Notes under the pieces: model-generated
What the model was told of the DNA's origin: nothing
The model's database searches: none
The model's input: the letters and a program-made list of their open reading frames with translations, nothing else
Made by a program: the position numbers and the translations under genes
From: Klebsormidium nitens
Lineage: Eukaryota; Plantae; Klebsormidiophyceae
Assembly (NCBI GenBank): GCA_000708835.1
Contig: DF237267.1
Span: forward strand, 1-64,000
Direction: 5' to 3'
DNA: 64,000 nucleotides
Part shown: positions 23,501-32,900 of the stretch, in pieces
How positions within the stretch are numbered: the first letter of the stretch is position 1
How the letters are laid out: each line of letters starts with the position of its first letter

Positions 23501-26500
23501 TGACGTTACCGGCTCCGGCGCCGGTGTTGGTAGAACCGGAGCACTGAAAGAAGAAGAACGGTAGTTTAGCAACGGAGACATGTCTACTGCGTTCTTGTGA
23601 CCTCGGCGAGGTTGTATTACATCAACGGCGACTATGGAGGCGGGAGAAGGACGCTTCGGAGGCCCGATTTTAATGATTTTGCTTCCGCCGTCACATAAGT
23701 GACGGGTCTAACCCCGGGTTTTAAAAACAGAGAAACCTTCCTTTCTCGAAGGTGCTGCTCTGACAAAGTACTCGGTGAGCTGCTTTTCATTGACAATCCT
23801 CGTAAAAGGCATCGGATTCGGCTTCCCTCAAAGTAGATCTTCCTTTCCTTTCCTTTGTTGAGAACTGTGAAAGGTTACCAAAGTCGATCTTACCAGCCCA
23901 TGCGTAGCGGCAGCGAACGACCGGAGCACGGGCAAAGTCTCGGCAGGGGGGTCAAACGCCGCAGCAAACGCCACCCAAACGTCCCCCCCGGAGTCCGCGC
24001 CACCGATCGAAAGCACGACGTTGCTCTCCGTGCCTAACGCCGTATACGAGCCCAGCATCTGAGTCCAACACCCGCTGACGATCATCGACTGCCCGAGAGT
24101 CGCAGATGACGTCACTCCGTCCACGGTCGTCTCCAGGAACATCTGAACGTTCTGCTTCCCGCTGGGGAGCTGCGCCCAGACCTGGAAGTTATAGAACGCC
24201 CCGGCGCTGAACTGCCCGGTTAAGTCCCAACCGGGACCCTGGTTAGCGTCGCTCCTGCTGGAAGCGACGGCGTAGGAGCCGTCGGTGGAAGGGGAGAGCG
24301 TGCAACCGCCCACGCATTGCCAGCCGGTTGGGATGCCGCTCCCGAAACCCGGGTTAGAAATGAGGTTAGCGTAGGTCGTGGACACGGGGTCGTTGGGAGT
24401 AGTGGAGCACTGCGGGGCAAAATGAAAGTCGGTTACTTGCAGGGACAGCTAATTGCTGATCGAAAGCCGAAAGGATCAGACAAGTCATATCATAGTTGAA
24501 CCTTGCCAATTTTAAATGAAAGACGGCGCGCAAGAGAAAATTGAATAAACGTGAGCTAGCCGTTCCGCAGGACGCAGCCTCAAAGCTTCGAGGCGTTGAT
24601 TCAGTCTCAGAGTGAAAGAAGAAGCACAAAGCTTCCCACAGGAAATTGCGCTTCAAGAACTCAAAAATTCTCAGATCCACCAGAATGTGCACCAACTCAT
24701 CAAAGTGTGCACACCACCCCCTCAAGCGATACACAATTGCCGACTTGATCGGAGCAAAGCCTTACATCTACACCGGCTTGCGAGGAGCTACTCTCGAGCA
24801 GAGAGCCGGCGCAGCAAGGGCTTACACAAAAGAAAGATTAAGCTTTCTCACCACATTGGTTGGAACCTGGCCCGGAGTCTGAGCGGACGACCCCCCGCTC
24901 GGCGCTGACGTGGGCGATGACGTCATTGACTCTGTGGGAGTCGGACTTGGAGAGTCCGTCCCGCTTGATGCCGGGGCATCAGTTGGAGAAGGGGCTTCGC
25001 TCGAAGACGGGCCGTTGGTTGGGGAAGGAGTGTCACTAGAAGAGGGGGTATCGCTGGCAGAGGGGGCGTCGGGGGATGAAGGGTTGTCACTTGAGGAAGG
25101 GGCGTCGGTTGGCGCGGGGGCATTTGTCGGAGAAGAAGTATCGCTGGCAGACGGGGCGTCGGTGGATGAAGGAGCATCGCTCGGAGAAGGTGCGTCACTC
25201 GGAGAAGGAGCGTCACTTGAAGAAGGAGCATCGCTCGGGGAAGGAGCGTCACTTGCAAAGGGGGTATTTGTGGATGAGGGGTCTTCGGTTGGGGAGGGGG
25301 TTTCGCTAGGAGAGGGGGTGTCACTTGACGCGGGGGTATCGCTAGGGGAGGGGTTTTCGCTGTCTGAGGGTGCTCCGGTAGGAGATGGGGAATCGCCAGA
25401 CGCCACAACCAAGTTTTGCACGACGATCACCGCAGAAGCCGGCCCCTCAGCAGAAGGCGAAGATCCGTCTCCCTTCTGCATTGTGATTGCAGACTCTGGG
25501 CCAGGGGCTGGGGCGCTCGTATCTGTCGGGGTCGGAGAAGGGGATCCCTCCGACGAGGACGGCACGTCTGTTGGGGAGTCGGTCGGGGCTGGGGTTTCAC
25601 TCGAGGCGGGGGCCTGTGCTGAAGCGCCCGGTGTTTCTGTTGGGGGAGGCGTGCTAGAATCTTCCGGCGCAGACGCGTCTGTTGGGGAGCTTGTCTCGGA
25701 AGTGGCATCGGTCTCCGAAGGGGAACTGGTTTCAGAAGGGGACCTGGTTTCAGAAGTGGGGCTGGTCTCAGAAGGCGTGCTAGTCTCAGAAGGGGAGCTT
25801 GTTTCCGAGGGGGGGCTGGTTTCAGAGGGGGGGGATGATGCGTCCGTTGGAGAAGGGGAGCTCGTTTCCGAAGGAGAACTGCTTTCCGAGACTGGCGAAT
25901 CGGTAGGGGCGGGCGCGTCTGTGGGTGCGGGGGTTTCGCTGGGAGGCGCGCTAGTGTCCGGAGGAGCGGGCGTCGGATCCAGACTGCTGGTGTCCGAAGG
26001 AGCGGGCGTTGAATCCGGACTGTTTGTGTCCGAAGGAGTGGAGGTGGAATCCGGGCTGCTGCTGTCCGAAGGTGGCGAGGTTCCACCTTGCGGATCTGTG
26101 AAAAGCAGAATGTCGTCATCAGTTGGATTACGACTTAGGTCGGGGTACCTTTCTCCAGCCCTTTAGGAAGCGCTGCTGCTTGACTTTGCTTAGCTTAGTA
26201 TGGATGCGAAGTACCTCGAATTCTACCTTTTTAGGTGCCGTCACGTATTTGGAGCTGGAAGGCTAACGGGCGGACAGAAGGAGAAAGTAATCAAGGCTTT
26301 ACTTACTGAAACCGTAGCTCAATGCAATCCGCAGCTCATTCGTCAGGGAGCTGCTTCTCTACACTAGGAATCCCAATACGAGATGATATATTTTCATGCG
26401 GATAAAACAACTCTTCCGAGCTTGTTGCAATGGCCACGAAGATGTTTCAAGGTGTGCGGCAAAGGCTCACCTTGCAACAGCGCTCTCCCCCGTCTTGCCA

Positions 26501-27429
26501 TCAGCATCTCGGGTCCCCGCATGCGTAGCTGGGCGGAAATGTCAGCAGAAGACAGCGCACCTGCACACAGAGACAAGTGCCCGTTTAGCTTTGCTGCAGA
26601 ACATTCGCAGTTTGTATCGCCGCTTTACTTTTTAATGACATCATATGGTTTTACCAGGGCAGCAGTCCGTAGGTTCTGCTCAAAGGCCTTAACGGCTAAC
26701 GACATTGAACATACGCCAATGCTTTGCTGCCTATAGGGCCTTTGAAGAAGGAGCTGACATTGATGCCGCTGTTACCCAGAGCTTAAGCTGCTATGATGTC
26801 ATCCCTCACACGTAGCTGCCATAGAGTCTCAGCATAGCCTGCTGCTTTTGACTCTAATTCTGAGACCTCATCAAGAATCGCGAGGCCTTTGAAGTAGATG
26901 GGAAGCACTCTGCGTCTATCAGCTGTGTACATTCCTTTCAGCAGTACAGGCTTTACTACAGGAAGGTAATCTTATTGCTGAAAATTCTGTTACTATCCGA
27001 CTTTCTGAACTAATACAAGTACGCCACTACATAGCGCGACAGAAGCCAGCTAGTCTGCAGTCGAATATCTCAAGGCAAAGGTGTTGGCTGTAGCCTTGCA
27101 AGTCGATAAGCATTCTCTGTTACACCAGGACTTCCTTGCCTGGCCACCAAGTAATGCCTAACCTAGTTTTCAGCAACAACTTGTTGTTCTCAAGTCTTTG
27201 CCTGACTTGCTCCTCCTGCAAGCTCCTCACATGAAGCAATCATTCAGATACGCGGAGCAAAGACCTCCAAGCCCTTCCTTTGATAAGAGTCGTCTGTCAA
27301 AAAAGAAACTGCACCCATGCAGCTAATCCTTGGAGCTTGAATCTCAGAGGCTGCCTTACCATAGCTTCCATAGCTGGCAACCGCGCACCCCACAACTGCT
27401 GCCAGCAGAATGGCCCAGACGTAAACCAT
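14581..27429 (-). CDS. Giant modular secreted GH10 endo-1,4-beta-xylanase (16 exons, 6258 nt CDS, ~2085 aa)
   Basis: Exons 27429-27360, 26560-26471, 26095-24852, 24409-23894, 23543-23031, 22632-22141, 21728-21530, 21035-20743, 20422-20211, 19814-19526, 19139-18898, 18512-18359, 17874-17629, 17059-16818, 16399-15073, 14709-14581. All junctions are phase-consistent and the total is divisible by 3. GH10 motifs: FENEAKWY, VRGHTVFW, WDVDNE (acid/base Glu), GCQSHF, IWITEMD (nucleophile Glu). Signal peptide MVYVWAILLAAVVGCAVA. Confidence 0.88.
15421..15675 (-). repeat. Two tandem 6-Cys modules in the xylanase C-terminal region
   Basis: CPYWLGYTTCYNADGTIPSCCNPDCSATQSC (15675-15583) and CPYLLGYTTCYNAAGTVASCCPGSCDRPTGEC (15516-15421). 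Confidence 0.85.
15690..16150 (-). repeat. Ser/Pro/Ala-rich (SP)n linker between GH10 and the Cys modules
   Basis: The translated frame is made of SPSPSPQ / SASASP / SAQPSP repeats. Confidence 0.85.
16150..19139 (-). other. GH10 catalytic domain exons with plant-type flanking segments (IRRTDVRVHV...FPFG; RGFYGDY)
   Basis: Both catalytic glutamates are present: NE at ~17825-17830 and ITE at ~16950-16960. Confidence 0.9.
19526..24409 (-). other. Five tandem CBM4_9/CBM22-like modules (24409-23894; 23543-23031; 22632-22141; 21728-20743; 20422-19526)
   Basis: Each module has N(L/V)I.xPxF...GW, R....GPxWD, GCWTQxxGxY and LxLEG.PxGxDxY-type segments. Confidence 0.85.
24852..26095 (-). repeat. ~415-aa acidic Ser/Thr/Pro/Ala mucin/AGP-like stalk (hexapeptide repeats SETSSP, SDAPSP, SDTPSS)
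   Basis: Single 1244-nt exon of degenerate 18-nt repeats. The minus frame is open and in phase with both flanking exons. Confidence 0.85.
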
Positions 27430-29917
27430 TGGGAAGCCCTTTGGCAAGGCCTCCCCTCCTGTGACTGACTTGCGCCCCATTGTTGTGACTGAACTTTTAC
27501 CAAATTGGTAAGCTGGTTATCCAAAGCTTATTTGACGAGGCGACAACAGGTATACCATTGAACTTGACTTCCGAGCTAGTTTACTGTGGAGACTGACTTG
27601 GGTCCTCGAAGTTAGAAGCTCAATTGCAAGCTCCTTATCGAGCTGAGAGTTCCTTAGTAGATAGAAGCTGCAAATTTGAAAGAGGAGCATGCGGAGTCCG
27701 AGAAACGAGGTGTTTCTCTTCTGTCAGCATCTGAGGATGCGGCGTCGCTCCTTTTCTAGCTTTGCTGTCCCCTCCTGACTCCCCCTTTGAGCTCTCTCAG
27801 CTTCTCACTAAGCAGATCAATGAGCTCTAGCTTGCTTTCTGCAGAACTCAGTCAAGACCAATGCTGAAAGAATCAGGTCAACTGAGGACTCCCACTTGTC
27901 GTCTCCGTGAGGAGTTGAGCAATCTGCATCGTGCGTGTCAACTCGGTCTGCAGTGGAACCTTTTTTTAATGCGGCTTGCAGACCAGCCGTTGGGACGATT
28001 GAGCTCAGCTGATCAAAGAAGAATCATAGGTTCACTGAGGTTTAGTAGCAACCTCAGATATGACGTAAAGTTCAAGCCGCAGCTCTCACCACCCATTCGT
28101 CGTGAGTTTGTATTGACTGCGGTTTCCCCTTAGTTGCACTGGTCAAGGAGGTTGTCAGATGGCCTCACAGGCAAAGCCAAGCTGTAATCTGACTGTCAAA
28201 CGCGTCTTATGTAAACCTCTTTGCACAATCTGTCATAAAGTACAAGTCTGGCAAGGTTGTATGGTCGTGCAGTCCACCAAATTCAGCATTGCGTCACCTT
28301 CAAAGATGACGTCGATTCCACTGATGGACTCCCAATGAAACAGAAGGCATGCAACGCCTTTTACCAAGCAACGTACAGATTCAACCAAGTCGGCCACTTT
28401 TCCTGTGATTGAGCTCCGGCGAGCTCCTCACGATACCAAAGGCCGCGGCCGGCCTAGCTGACGAACAGTACCTAGAGTAGTACCTAGTACCTCCTCTCTT
28501 GAAGTAGGTAATTGCTGTACATGTGTATTAACTAGGAGCCAGGACTAGGAGTGCACCTTTGAAACCGCAAAGGCGACTCGAATAGACTTAGGTATAGAGT
28601 GACCGCGTCGGACAGCACTGTACAGTTCAACGCCGGCCGGCACACCAGCCGAGTCCAACCAGTGATGCGCGAGCACTGCTAAAATACATGTGCTTAGATT
28701 CGTCGATATGGTGACATCTACGGGTAAAAGGACTCCGTCGGCACGTTTCCAAAAACCAATAAAGCACAATGATGTCATCTTGCAAGATCAATTGATAGTA
28801 TCCCTCGAAAGTGACTTGTTGAGCCCCTCATGACCGTTCGATTGTATCTTTTTTCAACCTAGTAGACGGATCTGACTGTCGCCCTGGCCAATGGTACAGC
28901 CAATTGCAAGAACACGTATTCTAGCCTCAGAGTCATGGCCGAAAAGTGCTTCGAACATTCAAGAAGTAAGTGCTTGGGATTCTAATATTATGGGTCGCGG
29001 CGCCAAGCAACGAGCTGAGAACCAGTTGGCATTTACATGGAGTCCCGCTGAGGAGCATCTGCGTCTTCGTGATCATTGACTGTGACGCCGACGAGAAAGT
29101 GACGCGCTGATGAACGGAGCACCATGGTTTTACGGCCGGATCGAAAAAACCTGGGTGAAAGCTCAATGAGGTACGTACCTTAGCCTTAGGATGCATTTTT
29201 GGCCCCTCACCTGGCAACATTGTCAACGATGGTCGGTCAGCTGGTGACTCGCTACCAGCCTGCTGCAAGAAGGTTTTGTTTCTAGGTAGTTCGGGTTTGT
29301 CCAGCTAGCCAAAGATTTACTCGTCTTCAACGCCACAGGTGTCCAGCTGATCGGTTTTCAGCTCAACTTGCCTCCTTTGTTGAGATCTCAGATACCTAAG
29401 ATTAGTGAGCTGCTACATGAAAAGAAGCTTCATTGTTACTACTTCGAAATGTGGTGACACCAGATTACCAACCCATTCAGGCAATTCGGAGTTCGCTAGG
29501 GTCAAGGAGGCGCTGCTGGCTCAATCTGAGCTCTAGAGCCGACCAAGGCTCCATCAACAGTTGGAGGACAATCCTTCCCTCTTTTCGCATTTCTCCTTCA
29601 TGTGTAATTCTGTCAACATGACAGTGGCTACCAAAAGCGGAGGGGCTTCATACGCGCATCGTTCTGGTGGGTAAATGCAACAGTATTTGTCAACGATCAG
29701 TCATGAGCTTGGCACTTTGCTCCTTTTTCACTCATGATTTCGTTTGAATCTGTTGGTCTTCCGCCTACGCGACTGCTTGTCCTCATGCTATCTGTCCTTG
29801 TATGGCCAAGCTCAGTTCCAACTTGTATCCATATGTTCCATCAGCTGCGAGTGCATAGTCAGTCAAGTTTGAATGCCACAACTGGCCATCACAAAGTCCA
29901 CTTCTGAATCCAGAACT

Positions 29918-32900
29918 ATGTCTACTTGTGCAACGTTGGCTGTGTTGCTGGCAACGCCAGCCTTTGCGTTTCCCCTGGAGAAGCGGCTTCAACACAAGGA
30001 GGACGAGCAGATCAAGCGGCGCATCCTTCTGCAATCTACCGCAGCTGATGGTGAGGGCACTGAGTCCTAGCTGCAACTTTTCTTACTTCACAAGCTGGCT
30101 TGTCTTTTAATGTCGCGCGGAACTTTGCGACGAGTTTGATATTAAAAGACAGTCAATGCTCATCAGTTTGATCATATAAGCCAGTGGCAGACGGATCCTT
30201 ATATCTTGAGCTTTTCAAGCGCTCTTGTAACCTCCACTTATGGTATTTTTGGACTTCTGAGCATGTCTGGTGCGCCACGGCGCATATCAGCTGCCACCGC
30301 CTGGACAGAACTACGATAGATTTCTGAGCAAGGTGAATGCATTCTGATTTAATGTACGTACGTGTTAACATATGTATCACTGCTTTCGTACCTTCAGCAC
30401 TTGCGTGCTGCCAGCAGGCCTTGTGGCCTTCCCTACTCTGCCCTCTGCCAACACATAAAACCCACCATTTCACGGCATCCTTCTGTTTCGTCATTGACCT
30501 CCCCCGTTCCCTCAAAGCAAAGACTCACAGCTGCTAACATCCACCATTTTCCCTCCTAAGCTTCATAAGAAGCGTCACGTCTCTTATCTTGCAGCCACTG
30601 CCCCGATCGGAGTGCCGGCCCCCTCGTCCTGCTCCTGCACCTCGGTTATGTACCCAACCACGTGCACTATACCAGGGACCGCCACGCCTTACTGCTGGCC
30701 CATGGGGTACAGGTAAAGATGAGCGCTTATGCCTTTAAATAAGCCCTTAGAATCTGAAGAGTTCACCCAAATACGGGTCGTCAGAACGCTAGATATCACC
30801 CAACCACCGCCACTCCTTACTGCTGCATCATGGGATACAGGTGAACTGCGCCCACTTATGCCTTGCTCAGATCTTCAGATGCCTGAAGTGTACGTCAGTA
30901 TGACATGGTCGAAAGGCCGGATGCAAAGCTTGAGAAACCGCCAAGCTGACACCTTTGACTTCGGCTTGCTGGTTAATTCAAGGCCGTTACAAATGTAGTC
31001 CAACCCCGCAAAGTCTGCCACTGGCAAGGCTGCTTCACGCGCTATCTTTGCTGTTGAATCTCTGGTGCAAGTAAGCTCTGACTCAGCTTGGGCGACCGAA
31101 CCCGTTTCTTGGGCACTTTCTGGCATTACTTTCCACCGCCCTTGGTGGCACGTCTCTTCTTCTGAGATTCTGCACACTGATGTATTGATCTCTCGTGGAT
31201 AATACTCTTGAAATGATACTGACATTTCGCCACTCTTCCCTACCAGCTGTTTCCCCGGCTCCGGTTATGCCTGCTACAAGCAGAATGCGGACGGCTCCTT
31301 CCCCCGTCAGCCGTCAAATTTTGACTGCAACGACGTGGTTGAGATCACGATTGACACCATCCAGTCCAAGTTTGCCTCTGGCGAACTGACGTCGCGCGCA
31401 CTTGTGAATAAGGTTTTACAGCAAATGGAGCGCTCATAAACCAAGGACCAGCGCCTTCTTGACGATGTTCGTTCCAAGTTTGTAATCGGGACAGCCGAAT
31501 GCATCGAAGGGACGGCCACTTGCGCGCGCCTCGATGCTGCTCTGGTAGAAAAGATCTGGATCACAGTCAAAGATCGAATTTCTTTTGATATCTTGACTAT
31601 CCATGTACGAATGGGGCGACGCAAAAGCTTTGTGTTATGGGCCTTTAGCAAAATCCTTCTCAGATTTGGGTTGCTGTCCTTCCTGGAAACAAAGCAGACC
31701 TCTTCCGACCAGACTGACCTTGCTTGACTGAACCTATGCTAAGCAGCCCGTATTCTTCTGTGTGCAGAATGCTACATGCAGCGGATTGCTGATCTGGACA
31801 ACCCGAACACGTTCAAGGGACAGGTGGGCTCGTAACCAAAGCTCTGGTCATTGTCATCTGAAAATAAAGTTTGGACCGCATTAAGCTGTCCGCTCGTCTG
31901 CACTAGTGTGCCGGATCTGCTTCAAGCAATGTTAGGATGGAAATGGTCGAGAAGCGGGTCTCAGCATCTCGACTTATCATGCAGGACCTCAACGATCAAA
32001 GGTCCTGATCTTGCCCCTCTGCTTACAATACGAGACCCACGAAAAGACCCAAGGTGTGGTGACCTCAACAACCCTCCTTTCCTTTCGCTGGACAGAGAGA
32101 CACATTTCAAGAAAATATTAATGTAAACTCGTTCTTCCGTGCTCTCTTCAAACCGCTTACGCTACGCACTCTGGAGCTCGACCCAAACGTGCTGGCGCTC
32201 TTCGAGGATTCTTTTCTGCTTGCCATGCAGAATCCCTACGCTGCCCTTGTTGGAGGACAAGTTACGCTGACAATTTTTGTTTTCCTTGATTCAAACTGCC
32301 CTCTTGACCAGATCCTTGGCTGAAGAATGCTAAGAATTCAGGAAACAAACTTTTCAGAATCTTTAAGATCCAAACGGCTAAGGGATTTCAGCATTCCTCT
32401 GATCCAGACGGCGTATGCAACACATTCCGTGCTGGAGATCGACCCGAACGTGCTGGCGCTCGCGGACGAAAGGGACGCGGAGCGCGCGGCGTGCCTGCCC
32501 GACTGCAACCTCAGCAAGCTGCACGGGGTGCCCATCGGACTCAAGGATAATATCAACGCGGACGGCCTCAACGCGACGGCAGGTGAAAGAGGTGGCCTTG
32601 CGTCTTCGAACGAGTTCGAATTTGTCAATTGTAATAACGTACTTAGGGAAGTGGGCAGTTCGAATGATAGTTTACCAAGCTGCGTAGCGTCCCAAAGGAC
32701 TCGATGAAACACGATAACGCAGACACCCTTCATGCGACCACAAGTGAAGTGCACATCACTTTATCAGATTTTGGTCTGAGGGCCGAGCTTGTTTGCAAGC
32801 TTGCTGGGAGGAACTTGGATATCACTTTCTCGCTTAGCTTGCTTCATAGCCAGCTAAGCACACTGTCCGAAATTGTGGACGAAATTAGATTGGACGGCCT

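Noticed and set aside
24910-26166. 418-aa plus-strand ORF rich in G/E/V/S
   Set aside because: It is the antisense shadow of the S/T/P repeat exon. The minus frame splices in phase into the xylanase.
27560-27870. Coding-like minus fragments (KLELIDLLSEKLRELKGG; KLEKERRRILR)
   Set aside because: They are short, interrupted by stops and have no recognisable family. At most a decayed relic.
31290-31320. Suspected frameshift between NADGSF and PSNFDC in the amidase
   Set aside because: A recount of the C run (5 Cs) shows the frame is continuous: SFPRQPSNF.
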